A stretch of DNA of 64,000 bases, taken from Hypanus sabinus. Taxonomy: Eukaryota. The position numbers were made by a program, and so were the translations under genes. Shown here piece by piece: positions 23,206 to 37,799 of the stretch (position 1 is its first letter; each line of letters opens with the position of its first letter). The notes beneath the pieces are model-generated. The model worked only from the letters and a program-made list of their open reading frames with translations. It was not told where the DNA came from and searched no databases. Where the stretch lies: NCBI RefSeq assembly GCF_030144855.1, contig NW_026781435.1, forward strand, positions 62,001 to 126,000. The letters are read 5' to 3'.

Positions 23206-23550
23206 TTCCGGAAGACTCCAGATCCCTGTAGCCGATCCAGCCTCTGTCTTCTCTCTACCTGGAGCCCGCTTGTCTCTGATAGCGTAGAGTAGCGTCTCTG
23301 ACTCAGACTGGCGTCGAAAGGGGGTCATATCAAGAGAACAGTTAGGCAGCAGCCACACCTCCGCGGTGACGTCGACAATCCCCAAGGACACTCGCGTAAT
23401 TAGGTTCTACGGAATGACAGGTGCTGTTAACCCTTTATTTGCAGACAGTCAGAGAAGAGATTCAAAAGCAGATTAGTCGTGTACCTAATATTCCCAGTAA
23501 TCTGCTCTCCACGGATTCGTGCTGTGTCTGTAAATTGACACAAAATTGAG
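23206..23550 (-). promoter_or_regulatory. Conserved promoter/5'UTR of GPCR paralog 1
   Basis: Alignable by eye with 59675-60000 upstream of paralog 2 (CTGCAAATAAAGGGTTAA, CACCTG, GGGGATTGTCGACGTCACCGCGGAG). Confidence 0.75.
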
Positions 23551-23639
23551 AAACTAATTGACACACAGCTGGACATTCATTTACAACCAATCTGGGAAGG
23601 GAACAGAGAAAATAGATGCATTCGTCCCTTCGATCCTGC

Positions 23640-25745
23640 ACCGCCATTCAGTATGATCATGGCTGATCATGCAACTCAGAACCCTTTACCTGCGTTCTCT
23701 CCATAGCCCCTGAGCCCTTTAGCCACAAGGGTCATATCTAACTTCCTCTTAAGTATAGCCAATGAACCGGCCTCAATTGTTTCCTGTGGCAGAGAATTCC
23801 ACACATTCACCACTCTCTGTCTGAAGAGGTTTTTCCTCATCTCGGTCCTAAAAGGCTTCCTCTTTATCCATAAACTGTGACCCGTCGTTCTGGATTGCCC
23901 CAACATCGGAAAAAAATCTTCCTTCATTTAGCCTGTCCAATCCCTTTAGAATTTTATACATTTCAATAAGGTCCCCCCTTAATTTCTAAATTCCAGAGAG
24001 TATAAGACTTGTCGACCCAGACTTTCTTCATATGAAGTCCTGCTATCCCAGAAATAAATCTGGTGAACCGTCCCTGTACTCCCTCTATGGAAAAATGTAT
24101 TTCCTCAGATTATGGGACCAGAACTGCACACAATATTTTAGGTGCGGTCTCACCAAGGCCTTCTACAACAGCAGTAGAACCTCCCTGCTCCTGTACTCAA
24201 ATCCTTTTGCTATGAATGCCTAAATACCATTTACCTTTTTCACCGCCTGCTGTACCTGCATGCCCACCTTCAATGACTGGTGTACAATGACACCAAGGTC
24301 TCGTTACAACTCCTCTTCTCCAAATGGGCCACCGTTCAGATAATCTCTTTTCCTCTTCTTGCATTCAACGTGAAGAACCTCGCATTTATCCACATTAAAT
24401 TTCATCTGCCCTGAATTTGCCCATTCACCTAACCTATCCAAATCACCCTGAATCCCGTTAGCATCCTCCTCACAGCTAACACCGCCGCCCAGCTTCGTGT
24501 CACGCGCAGGCTTAAGCTGCATTTAATTCCCTCGTCTAAATCATTAATATATATTGTAAACAACTGTGGCCTCAGCACTGAGCCTTGCGTTCCCCCACTA
24601 GTCACTCCCTGCCATTCTGAAAAGGCACTGAGCCTTCTTTCCGCCTCTTTCCATATGCGCTGATGTCCCATCTTTGATTACCGACTCTAGCGCTTTCCCC
24701 ACCACCGATGTCAGACTAACCGGTCTATAATTCCACGGTCTCTCTGTCCTTCCTTTTTTAAAATGCGGGTTTCTATTCGCCACCCTCCAATCCTCATGAC
24801 CTAATCCAGAATCTAAGGAGTTTTGAGAAAATATCACTAATGCATCCACTATTTCTTTGACTACTTCCTTAAGCACTCGGGGATGCAGACCATCTGGCCA
24901 TGGGGATTTATCTTCCTTTAATCCCTTCAATTTACCTAACACCACTTCACTACTAGCATGTATTTCCCTCAGTTCCTCAATCTCACTAGACCCTCGATTC
25001 CTTACGTTTTCCGGAAGATTATTTATGTCCTCCTTAATGAAGACAGAAACAGAGCAGTTATTTAATTGGTATACCATGTCTTTGTTTGCTATGATCAATT
25101 CAGCTGTTTCTGACTGTAAAGGACCGACATTTGTCCTGACCAATCTTTTTCTTTTCAGGTATCTATAAAAGGTTTTACAGTCAGCTTTTATGTACCCTGC
25201 CAGCTTTCTCTCATAAGCCTTTTTTCCATTTCATAATTAAGACCTTTGTCCTCATCTGCTGGACTCTGAATTTATCCCAGTCCTCAGGTGTGCCGCTTTT
25301 ATATGCTAACTTATTTGTTTCTTCTTTGGACTTGATACTATCCCATATTTCCCTTGTCTGCCACGGGTGCACTACCTTCCCTGATTTATTCTTTTGCCAA
25401 ACAGGAATGAACAATTGTTGTACTTTATCCATGCGATCTTTAAATGCTTGCCATTGTATACACACTGTCAACCCTTTAAGTATAATTTGCCTGTCTATCT
25501 TAGCTAATTCACATCTCATACTTTCAGAGTTGTCCTTCTTTAAGTTCAGAACCTTTGTTTCTGAATTAACTATGTCACGCTCCATCTTCATGAAGAATTC
25601 CATCAAATTATGGTCACTCTTACCCAAGGGGCCTCGCACGACACGATTGCTAACCAACCCTTCCTCATTGCCTAATATCCAATCTAGAATGCCGTGCTCT
25701 CTAGTTGGTTCATCGACATATTGGTTCAGAAAACCATCCCGCAGA
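23640..25745 (-). mobile_element. CR1 LINE ORF2 (endonuclease C-terminus, RT, 3' end), internally deleted
   Basis: ORF fragments LGKSDHN, SPWPDGLHPRVLKE, NYRPVSLTSVVGK, QGSVLRPQLFTIYINDLD and FRTEMRKN. Confidence 0.92.
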
Positions 25746-26099
25746 GATTGACAATGATATTGAGTTCGATATTTGCAAAGTAATGATTTTCAGTAAGAGA
25801 GCGTAGAACCAGCGGCCAATCTGGACATCGGCTGATCTTGGAGGAGAGGACTTCACTCAGCACGGGTATAAAAAAGCGACAGAGGATCCTTACAGTGAAA
25901 AATTGCTTTAATAAGGGTTCAGGCGGCGTTTCCGTTTGATCAGCAGGAGGAAGGCAGGGTGAAGTGCAGTAGCCATTGTCTGAATGGACAGTCAAGCAGG
26001 TGACCTTCAGGTTTGTGCTCGCCGAGGCGTCAGCGCAGGGAGGCTCCAGTCAAAGGAGGCAAAGAAAAGAAAGCACTTGTCCAAGAACGTTATTTCTTT

Positions 26100-26900
26100 C
26101 CCTTCTCTATATATCCGATCAGAAACGTTAAGGAAGGAGGCAGGCAGGTTAGATGAATGCTCCCATTGCGGGATCAGGGAAGGCACAGAGAAGGTGAGAG
26201 TTGCGTTCAGCTCAGCTTCTGACAATCTGCGTCAAGGAGGTAAAGGCTGAGCTGGACGAGCTCCATATCATTCGGGGGGCTGAAGTAATGATAGACAAGA
26301 CATATAGAGAGGGAGCTACACCCAGGGCGCAATGCAGAGGAGACAGTGTGATAGCCAGTAAGGAGAAATAGCTGAAGGAGCCAGGGAAGAGTTCCCATGT
26401 GACGATCTCCTTCAACGTTTTCGGTACCGTCGCGGGGTTTGGTGGGGGGAGGCGCGGAAGAATCGCCTAACAGTGTTCACTCAGTGTTAGGGTCTCGGGC
26501 ACTTTGTTTGCATCTGAGACTCAGAAGGGTAGTGGGAGGGTAGCGGTGTCCGTGCATGTGGGGTGGACTGGGCCGCCGGGTGCGTGTCACGCTGTCGTGA
26601 TAGGATATTCGTTATTGGTGCGACCAGGTGCTTCTGTCGGTGACAATGTCGGGGTTATCTCCGAACGAGTCCTCAGCATTCTCAACTGGGAGTGTGAACA
26701 GCTCGAAATCGTGATCTATTGAGTTACCAATGACATGGGTGCGATGAGTGATGAAATACTGCTCTGCCAGTTCAGCGAGTTAAGAGAGAAGTGAAAATGC
26801 AGGACCCTCCAGGTTGTGCTGCCCGTGCTACGTACTTGTGAGGCAGGAAGCTGGACGAGTATACAGATTAATCGGTGGCTAAAGAGTTGTTTTTATATCC
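26100..26900 (+). mobile_element. CR1 ORF1 relic (Cys-rich N-terminus plus SGNH-esterase-like part)
   Basis: ECSHCGIRE..., a VVIGYSLVR (GDSIVR-like) motif, and similarity to 53.7-54.6 kb. Confidence 0.65.
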
Positions 26901-28059
26901 CAGTCGTCTGGAAATGGATGCTAACTCTGCATTTGGTTTCCTCAACTTTCTGCAAATTTTCCTATGGGGAATCTTCCCAAAATGCTCTGCACTTCCCTTT
27001 CTATCAACATTCTCCCTTTTTCTATAGTAGTCCGGATACCACAGAGAGTATCCGATCACCACAGCGTGACCAACACGCTGCCGGCCCGCCACCCTGCACA
27101 CATTCGTATACCAGTCCACTAAAAATGGATAGGAGCATGCATTTTAGCTCCTCACCATTAACTGAACCTGGAGAATTTCCTGTGGCTCTGCAACTCAAAT
27201 TTTCAATTCAAATGTTCTTCCCATTTAGGAAATAGTCCACGATTTTATTCCCTCTTTCAAAGAGTAACACTGGGCACTTATCTATATTAAAATCCTTCTT
27301 AATTCTTTGTCTCTTCTCCAGTCTGTCTAATTACTTCTGGAAGCACCCGACATCCTCAGCTCTACCTTCCATTCCATGTACCTTCGCCTGGGTCTCAAAC
27401 CCTTTCACAAAGCAATCAAACCATTCACCCGAACCATTGATGTGTAACGTGATCAGAAACGGTTTCAACACTGATTCCTGCGGAACTTCACTACTCCCCT
27501 CCGTCCAATCAGAAAAAGGACCTTCGCAGTAATGATTATGGACATCTGCAGTGGCCACAATTTTACACACCACCAGGGCATTCTGAAAGTTCTAAACAAA
27601 TGAGAAGAACCCGCTGGTCTATGTCCGGACATAAGGTTTCACCAACTGCTGAGAAGCACAAAAGACACAATAACATTATAAATACAAGTGTCAGATTCCT
27701 ACAAATTATATGCTAATTGATCAGTCACTACAGAAGGGACAATCCATAATAAGGCTCCGGATATAGTAACAGAGGATAGACAAAGAGCATCAACTTATTC
27801 AGTAGATAAAGCCATTGCGAACTCAGATAACGTACAGAAATCAATGATTGACAGACAGCACAATATGCTGAATTAAGAGAGGAAAGTGAAAGAGCATGAA
27901 ACAGGAACAGGGTATAAATTGTATACGTTGTCCCAACGTAATACTTTCTCTGGGTCATTGGCAACCGGTTTCATTGGTGTCGAAACACAGTGAAACAGTG
28001 TGAAGAAGTTTTTCTCTCTCCGTCTCTATTTCTCAGGCCACCAGGCTGGTAGAGCTAAT

Positions 28060-30330
28060 AGGACCTGATGTTTCAATCCCAATGATAAATTGGCAATCTG
28101 AATGTGGGCGATGGGTTTGGAATGCTTTCAAGGAGGGTAGGTACCTCATCGTGGTCATCAGGTGGGCACGCTCCTCCTTCCACGTTTCTTTGATAAGCCC
28201 ACGATGTCTCCAGAGATTGGAAATGTGCTACATGACGTCCCAGGTACACACCCCTCGGTTCCATACCCAACTGTCTTCATCTTGCAGCTCAGTTGTTGTC
28301 TTTACTTTTCATCCAAATCCAGTTACTGCATTCTCCAGCTGCTGTTGACAGGGTCTTGATTGCTTGTTGTAAATAACCCCTCACCCCCATCTTCCTCAAT
28401 AGACTGTTCGTAGATGTAGCCACGAATCCCCTGCATCCCACTTCTACAGGGGAAATCTTGGTCTTACAGTCGTTCTGGGCAGCGTCAGTTGCCAGTTCAG
28501 AATACTTGTTCTTTTTTCTCTCATAAGCTTCTTCACCACCATCTTCTCATGTCCCCGAGTATTCCACAACATATGCCATCCTGGCTGCTGTGGACCACAG
28601 GACCATGTCTGGCCGGAGTCTTCTAGCCACAATCTCTGGGGGAACACAAGCTTTTTTGTTCCAAGTTCACGTCCATTTTCCAATACCAGGAAACCTACAG
28701 AATCCTTATCTATTTTGATGTTACATGGTGCAATGAAGGTTGCCCTGCCGGTACACATCGTGTCTTGTGGACATTTCATGCGGATGGTTGTGCGGGAGAC
28801 TTTGCGGTGATTCGTCTCTGTTACAGGATTTATGGCAGCTGTCTGATAACTTGGTTATGCAGTCAAGTTTACCGCCCCTGGGTGAGGCTCGTGGTGTATG
28901 CTGTTAAAATAAGCGTTAGTTATCTAGGTGCTTGTCAAAGAGAACAAGTGGGGTCTACCACCCCCCACCTGGTTCAGGCTCTGGGGTGTGAGTAGGAGGT
29001 TATAATTTGCTCTGATAACAAAACTTAACCTAAATTCCTCCATCGCCCAGATGCTACGCAAACTGAATTTCCTGTTTTCCAGGATCTCGCAATTACTGCA
29101 TCGGTCCTGCTTGGCTACTTAGAGCGCCCTGGCGTGTCGCTCTGAATCCCCCTGCCTTCTGATTCCTCCACCACTTGTCGTCGCTTCTGCACTGATGTTG
29201 CCCTGTTCCATTAAGGATACTCTGGGACGAGCCCAAACCCGGCTCTCCAAAGCCGGACTTGGTCACCCACGTCCCTGAAGCAAAGAGCAGACTTAGCACT
29301 CTGAACGGCTGCAGATGGGGTCCACATCCTCCCAATAGCCACACGGCGAGTAGGCGATCGAATAACAATATCTTCAGATTCAGTGAGGTTCAGGACCATC
29401 CTTGCTTTGGTGCATTTAAATCCTTCCATAAGACTTACAACTGGTAATTCGAATTTGCCGTTCCCGTACAGTCCAACGGGAATTTAGGATCGTGGAAGTC
29501 CAAGCCACTGTTTCACATGTGTGCTGATCACTCTTTCGAGCTTTTCCACCATGTTATGGGAATTTCATACACTGCTAAATCCGCATGAGTCTTGGCAGTC
29601 CGCCGAACTGTACGCACTACAGTTTGAGTTTTCCAGGCAGCCGGATCGTGTGGACGCGACTTAAGTAGATGATTGTAGACTTTTGAGTTGTATAAACTGT
29701 TCTGTGTCCTTGGGCCGAACACCAGACCATCGACCCAAGCTCTTCACTGGCATTTCTAAACAGTTGGCACAGGTGTTCCGTCAATATGAAATTTTGGATC
29801 TGTTACTTGACCTTTGACAATGGAGATCCTTCTCACTTGCTGGGCTTGATCTTCATCCTCGCCCGTGTGATGTTTTGAGGAAGCTTTTCCAGGGGACAGT
29901 TTCGTCAGTATTGCTATATCGTCATGATAGGTTCATATCGGAGTAAACCCTTGATCAAACTGTAGTCGTTTTCCTCCTGTATCCCATTTTGATGCTCTGA
30001 TAATGAGTTCGATTACTTCAGTGAAGGTCAGTGGAGAGATGGTGCACCCCGCCATGCTGCCTTCTTCTACTGGTTGCCAAGCTCTGGTGAATTCTGGTGT
30101 TGTGAGACAAACTTGCAATTTCCAGAAGCAGTGTTACTATTTGTTACTATTGCAGGCATCTGAAAGAATTCAAAAGCTGACCACAGTAGGGAACGAGGAA
30201 CTGCACCATAGGCGTTCGCCCGGTCGAGGAACAAGACATGCTGATTCTTTCCTTCTTTCGTAGCCATCTGGATATGATGCCATATGACGCAGTTATGTTC
30301 AAGGTGTCCTGAGAAGCCTGCAATGCCAGT
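28060..30330 (-). mobile_element. HERO/NeSL-type (R2 superfamily) non-LTR retrotransposon relic with RT and restriction-like endonuclease
   Basis: Frameshifted motifs: NAYGAVP, MAGCTISPL, HDD, VYEIPIT, FKCTKAR, GRMWTPSAAV, DPTCSL (Zn knuckle) and LRPDMVLW...EEAYERKKNKY (REL domain). Confidence 0.8.
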
Positions 30331-31213
30331 CTATTGGATTGACGTATCAATGAAATTTGTTTGTTTCAGATTCTTTGTAAGTACTTGCGCCAAAATGCTG
30401 AAAAATATCTCGCCTTCTGTGTTCAGAATGTTTATTTAGCGCAACTGTTGTCTGATGAAAGAATACTTTTCTTTTCGATTCAGAATTCCACCCGCTCTTC
30501 TCCAGCCTTTGTGGATCGCTTGCTCATACCGTTAGATAGAATATAACCACGTGGTGAAATAGATTGAAATCAGTCCGCAAGACCTTTCGTTTAAAGTGGA
30601 GAAAGCAAGGTTGCCAATGGCAAAGGTTTTCACATGTTCCGGGGAGAAGGCAAGACAATGGGTTTACGAAGGACAATAAATCAGTCATGATATCAAGAGA
30701 AACTTCCAGAAGGCGCCAATTCAATCCAAAGGCGTCTTGCTAAGGAGAGTGCTCAGTCGAGAGTGATCTTCTTACTCTGACCGTTTCAACGATTGTGGGT
30801 GCTGTCTTTCGTCGATTCTCTCGTGGTTATTTTTCTATTCGGGATTTATTGAGTTTCCTAGCAAGAGAATGTATCTCGTGGTATATAGAAACGTATATAT
30901 ACCGATACAGCCAAACGGTTTCTTTGGCTGCCTAAGTCCAGGCAAAGTACTCTCCGGTCCCCCCAAAACAACTGAGATTGAGATGGCTCGATTCCAAACC
31001 AGATCCCGGCTGGTTTTGCTGCTGTGTAATTTGCAACCATGTTAAATAAATAGTGACATGAAATAACAGACAGCATATGATTAAAGAGATTATATTTATG
31101 AATCTGATCTTTAAGATGGAATCCTATGTGTTTGTGATGAATGTGTGACATGTAGAACCGTGTCTAAACCGTGACAGAGAGAAAGAGAGAGAGAGCCGGC
31201 CGCCTGTTTCAGA

Positions 31214-31415
31214 NNNNNNNNNNNNNNNNNNNNNNNNNNNNNNNNNNNNNNNNNNNNNNNNNNNNNNNNNNNNNNNNNNNNNNNNNNNNNNNNNNNNNNN
31301 NNNNNNNNNNNNNNNNNNNNNNNNNNNNNNNNNNNNNNNNNNNNNNNNNNNNNNNNNNNNNNNNNNNNNNNNNNNNNNNNNNNNNNNNNNNNNNNNNNNN
31401 NNNNNNNNNNNNNNN
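31214..31415. other. Assembly gap (N run)
   Basis: Run of N. Confidence 1.
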
Positions 31416-32159
31416 ATGTGATGTAAAATCGATGTTAAGGTTTCTCTGCAACATGTTTTAAATATGCAAGTACACAGAGACAGACACAGTTAGAGGCAAG
31501 ATGGATTCGCTCAATGAAAGTCTGTCCCTGGTTTAAACTTTCAGTAGCCCAAACGGGGTGAGTTGAGATCGATCCTGAGTATTGATAAATGCTTCCCACA
31601 AGTGTTCTGCAACTTGAGCAAGTTTACAAGAAAAGACGAGAGGAGAGATGGATTTGAAACAGAAGAAACCTAGTGACAAGGAGATCACAGTTTGGACTCT
31701 CTCTGTAAGTAGCCCGTGAGAGTGAGTTTGTTACCATTCGGCTACGAAAGGCTGATTCTCCCTTCGTTAATCCACAGAATACAGACAACAAATATGAACC
31801 AGGTTATTACAGTTTGACTTTTAAACAGAGCGGAATCACACAGAAAATTGCTTCGGCAACTCAGCAGGTCAAACAGCATTTCAGGAGATGAATAAGCACT
31901 CGACGGGACAATTTATTGCGACTTGACAGCAGATTTGTACGTTTCCTCTCTCTATAATTTCAGTGAGTTCCCTGCTCATCACCGGCATTTGCAACTAATC
32001 AGCGTGGCAGAGAGCCTAAGCAAAAACGGATTTTTTTAAGTGCCCGTAACTCTAACCGATTTAAGTCCAAAAGGCCGTAAATCCGCAGTATACAGGAACA
32101 CAATAAAGTCATTTGGCCCATCGAGTCTACTCAGTCATGGCTGATCTTCTATTTCCCTT

Positions 32160-34560
32160 CCTCACCGCTATTTCCCGGCCTTTTCGTCGTAACGATTGAT
32201 ATCGTGACTAGTCAACAATATATAAATCTCTGCCTTAAATAAACTTAAGGACACGGCCTCCACAGCTGAATGTGGTGGCAAATTCCGCAAATTCACCTCC
32301 CTCTGGTGAAAGAAAATTCTCCGCATCTCTGTTTGAAGTGGACGCCTCTGTATTCTGAGGTTGCGCCCTTCTGTCTCAGACACCCCAGACTTGGGAAAAA
32401 CATCCTTTGCACATCCACTCTGCGGAGGCCTTTCGACATTCGAAAGGTTGAAATGAGATCCCAATTCAACCTTCTGAATTTCCAGCGAGTATAGACCCAA
32501 AAACCCTCAAACAGTACCCATATCTAACCCTTTCATTGCCGGAATCATCCCTGGTATTTTCACTTGTCACTTTCTTATCAATTCTCCTATGGGTCTCTGC
32601 AAACTTCTTCTTAATTTGGTAAGAAGCCTCATGTGTGGCACCTTGTCAACGGTCTTTTGAGAGTCAAAATAGACAACATCCACTGCACCCCGCTTTTCTA
32701 TCCTACATATATTCTCTTCAAGGAAATCCGGCAGCATTGTTAGAAAAGATTGTAGCAAATTTCTGAGATTGTTGTGTCCCTTGGGTCTGATGATATCTGC
32801 GCATTTTACCGAGAGAGACAGCAGAGGAACATGCTGATAGTGTCCTGCATTGTCCTGTGTTAACGAATCCTTAACAATTAATTCCAACATCTTCTCCACA
32901 ACTAAGGTCAGGCTATCTGGTCTATAATTCCCTTTCTGCTACCGTCCTCTCTTCTTGAAGCGTGACGTGCCATTTACATTTTTTCTGTCCTCTGGCACCA
33001 TGCGAGAGTCTAATGATACAAGAAAGATCATTGTTAATGCCTCCGTTATCTCTACCTGTTATTCTTATGAACACCAAGGTGCAGTTCCTCTGATTCGGGT
33101 GACGTAACACCACCTTACGAAAATCGCTCGCAATCCGTATCGGTCAAACGGGTGTCCTACGATAGGTTCACCCGGCGTTATCTTTCCTCATCTCCTGCCG
33201 AAACAAAAAAAAGAAACAAGACCAACCTTAATGACCCTCACCAAGAAAATCTCGCCCTGAATCCACCATACTAATTCGATAGCACACATTCGTTATCTTC
33301 AGCAATATCCCAGCAGACTATCAGCAGAACAGACTGCTCTTCGCGGATTGCAAAATGAAATACTTAAAACATGACAATACAAGTATGAGACAGTTTATTA
33401 CACTGCTTTGATAATCATTCTGCTTTGAATTTTGCACTCCGAACGGGATCACTCACAAAATGCCAGGGAAACTAAGCAGATCAGAGAGCATCTCGGGAAA
33501 TGAAGAAGCTCTCGACATTTCGGGCCAGGACCATTCATTCGGATTTGACAGCTGTAATGTAGGTTTTCACTCTATATAGTTTCAATCAGTTCTCTGCTCA
33601 TCACAGACATGTGCAACTAATCAACTTGGCATTGACCAATCAACAAGCTGTAAATCTCTGCCTTAAATACTCCTAACGACATGGCCTGCACAGGTAAATG
33701 TGGTAACAAATTACACAAATTCACCACCCTCTGTCGAAAGAAAAGTCTCCACAAAACAGCTTTAAATAGAGTCATCTCTATTCTGATGCGACGTTTCCTT
33801 GTACGAGACACTCTGACATTGGGAAACATCCTTTCCACATCCTTTCTGCCGAGGCTTTCCAACATTCGAAAGGATTTAATGCGATCCCACCTCATTAATC
33901 TGAATCCTAGTGAGTGGAGACCCAGTGGCATCAAATGTTCCTCGTATGAAAACCCTTTTACTCCTGGAAACATCCTCGTCAAACGTCTCTGGACCCACTC
34001 CAATGCCAGCATATCTTCTGACCATGCATTATCCAACATTGTATTTCACTTGCCAATATCCTGCCAATTCTACTAATCTGTCTAAGGCCCTCTGCAAACT
34101 TCATCTTTTTGAACAGTACCTGCCCCTGCACCAATATTCGTAACATCTGCAAACTTCGACAGAAAAAACAAAATCTGTTCCATCATCTATATCATTCACA
34201 TAGAGCATAAAAAGTGGTACCTGCACCGTCACCTGCGGAACACTGCTGGTCACTGACACCGAACTAGCGACGGATCATTCTTTTCCCACTCGCTGTCTCC
34301 GAACATTCACCAAATGCTCCTCGTATTTCTTGCAGTGCCAATGACTCTTAAATTGGTAAATAGCCTCATGAGTCCCACCTTGTCAAAGGTCCTTTGAAAG
34401 TATGAAGAGACAACATCTACTACATCCCCTTGATCTATTCTACATGTATTATTCTCAAGGAAATCCAACGGGCTTGTCAGGCAAGATTTTAGCAGATTAT
34501 ATGCTTGAAAACGCTGTTGCTATCCACTTTGATATTTTTGTTAGCTTGTCATCCTTCCTT
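32160..34560 (-). mobile_element. Mosaic of degraded CR1 ORF2 and 3'-end fragments
   Basis: Minus ORFs QTEMRRIFF, GAVDVVYFDSQKTVDKVPH and LEWVQRRLTRMFPGVKGFSYEE. Confidence 0.75.
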
Positions 34561-37500
34561 TTTAATGATTTTTCAGTTACTCTCTGTACGATTTAAAATG
34601 CTTCTCAATCTTTGGTCTTCCTCTTCATTTTTGCTCAGTTGTATGTCCTCTTTTTTGCTTTTACGTTAATTTGGACGTCGTTTGTCAACTAAGATTATAC
34701 TTTTTTTCTATTTGAGTATATCTTCCTTTTTAGAATAGATCTGTTCTGCATATTGTTCAACAACGCTGGCCTCATCTCCTTCAATTTTACTTTGTCCAGG
34801 CCTTTCCCATGCCGCTGTAATTTCCTTTACTGCACTGAAACACTGCTGCATCAGACTTTAATTTCTCCATGTCATAAGTCAAGTTGAACTTCACCATATT
34901 GTGATCATCGCCGCCAAAGTGTTCTTTTACCATAAGTTCCCGATTTATTTCCGATGCTTTGCATAACCCCCAATAGAGTAGAACAGATCCCCACGTCGGC
35001 TTTAGGACAAACTGCAAAAACAAGCCAACTACAGTTCCCGATCTCAACCGTCAAGGAACCCATGCCACGTTATCTACTGATCAGGTTCCATCATTTACCT
35101 ACAGAACCGAGCCACGCACACTGCCGAACTTCTGATCCCGAAAATTTCGAGCACTCGGAAGCTGTTCCCATCAATAACACATGTACAGAGTTGGATTTTG
35201 AATGTGGGACTAACGACCATGGGAATGCCGCAGCGTCCTGGTCTCCAGCACAAAGTCCAACGCAGTGGCTCAGAATGGAAGGGGGAGAGGAGCAATTACA
35301 GGAGATTGAATAGTTGGAGGAGCCAACAGGAGGATCAGTGCCGACACCCAGTTTGTGGAGAGTAATGCCAGAATATTGGGCAGCAGGATACTGACCGTGG
35401 ACAGCCTGCAAGTCTCCTCTTATGGAACGGAGTTCTTTAGAGTTCTGTCTGCCACCTCGAGAATAATTTACTTACTTGCACTCGTAAAACGACTCATCCA
35501 ATCACCGTCCCTAGCAACAATTCCCATCGGAAAGCCTCCGGAATTCAAATAAATTCTTGGCCAGTTTGTGTTGCGGTGGTCCTAACTGTCGAATTGGATT
35601 GAGTGCATTCGGTAGGTGGGGAAGCTGATTGCTGAGGAAAGGGCACATGATGTCTATTTATTGAGTGTTTCCCTCGCAGCTTGGTCTTTCTCCTTCTCTG
35701 GTTGATTTTAAGCCGTTCGACTAATTTTCCGCCGCTGTCGTAAAGTGTGACCACCTGTGTGTCCTCGTCCTTCTCCTGATTCCTCCCACAGAGCAGAGAC
35801 CTATGTATTGATAGGTCAATCGGTCATTGGAAATTGTCTCATTAGCAGTATCGCTCCGTCCGTGAAGCATTGCGCCAGGCAAGGCCGAACGTTGGAATTA
35901 AACTGGAAGTAATTAATTTGAAAATGACCCGTTCCGGTAGGCTAAGACATGGGACTGAGTGGCATTTTATAATATGGCTTCAAATAGAATACAGAGGGCA
36001 GTGGTGGAGGTCAGCCATTCTGCATGTGACAATTATTGGAAATGTTCTGGCATTTGACTTGTATGAAAATGGGCTTGTCTCATAATACTCTTGCAGACGA
36101 CACAAATATGATGGAATTGTCGATGTCGAAGGAGCCTGCTTAAAGCCCAGTTGGAAATGCGGCCGGAATAAAAATGACAACTCTGTCATAGTAATAGGAC
36201 AGTTCAGTCTCGAACGATAGAGAAATACTAGCATAGGAAATATCTTTAGGAATATGGAGAAAATGGAGAGAACAAAAGAAGGTTTATAATGAGGTATTAT
36301 AAGAATGTTTGGCTTGGGCAAAACAACTGCGCGTGGGGAAGTAATTCAGTAACTCTGTTGTTCAAGTCATCAATCTGTAAAAATAGAAATAAAAAAAAAT
36401 CAAATAGATTTGTATGCCGCCAGCCGGTGGAAGATTGTGATGCAGAGATTTTATGTGGTAACCCAGGAATCGCATTTTAATCACAACGCATAAAGAAAAG
36501 TCCATAATTAATGACCGACTGTGAGTCCTTCCCCGGGTTACTGAGACAGACATATGCCCGTGAGGAAAATGGAAGGATATGCTCATTTTACAAGCTGAAA
36601 AGTTTAGTTAGCCATTATCGAAGCATAGAGAATCTGCAACACCATACAGGAACTTCGGACCATAATGCTGTTCCGAGAGTTGACTTACTTTATAAATTAT
36701 CTCCTGTTACCGGTTGGCCTCTTCTTTTTAAGCTCCATATGCTTCTCCAGGAGTCTCTTAAAAGACCCTATCGTACCCCCCTTCACAACCGTCACCGGCA
36801 GCCCATTCAACGCTCTCGCCAATCTTCGCGTATAAAACGTAACCTGACACCTCCTCTGTCGCTCCTTCCAGCAGCTTCAAGCAGTACCCTCTCATGACAG
36901 CCATTTCAACCCTGGGATAAAGCCTCTGACTATCCAGATGGTCAAGGCCTCTCATCATCCGTCGCTCCAAGGAGAACAGGCCTTTTCAGGAATGGCCCAC
37001 TCCCCAATCCAGGCAGCATACTTGTAAATCTGTTCTAATTCCTTTCTATGATTTCCTCATCCTTCCTCTAGAGGGGCGAGCAGAAATGACCTAGATTCTG
37101 CATTAATATTTGACCTATCAAAATGAACCACTCCACATTTATCTGGGTTGAAATCTATCTGCCAATTTTCTGCCCAGCCCTCCACACTCTCCACAACAAC
37201 TCCGAACATTGTGTCATCACCAAATTAACTAACTTATCCCTGCACTTCCCCATTCAGTTCATTCATAAAAATCACGAAGAGTAAGAGTCCCATAACAGAC
37301 GCTGAGACACAATACTGGTCACCAACCAATGTGCAGAATCTGGCCCGTCTACAACGACTATTTGCTTTCTGTGCGGAAGCCAGCTCTGGATCCACAAAGC
37401 AATGTCCTCCTGGATCACAAGCCTCCTTATTTTCTCAATAAGGCTTGCATGGTGCACCTTATTAAAAGCCTTGCTGAAATCCATATACACTACATCTACT

Positions 37501-37799
37501 ACTCCTCTATCGCCTACATGTACAGTCACATCCTTCAAACATTCAATCAGTCTCGTAAGACACGCCCTGGCATCGACAAGGCCATGCAGAATTGTCACTA
37601 ATTTCCTGAGCTATCGCTACTCTCTTTCCTGAATAAAGGAAGAGCATCTGCAAACCGCCAATCCTCCGGAACCTCTCCCTTCCCAGCTGATGATGCAGGT
37701 ATCATCCGCTGCGGCTCAGCAATCTTCTCTCTCGCTTCCCACAGTTGCCTGGCTAATTGAATGATTAGTATTTTGCGAGTATCCGGAATTTCCTGTAAA

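Noticed and set aside
23206-23391. In-frame N-terminal extension of GPCR paralog 1 shown in the ORF track
   Set aside because: The homologous region in paralog 2 contains the TATA box and an in-frame stop, so this is promoter/5'UTR.
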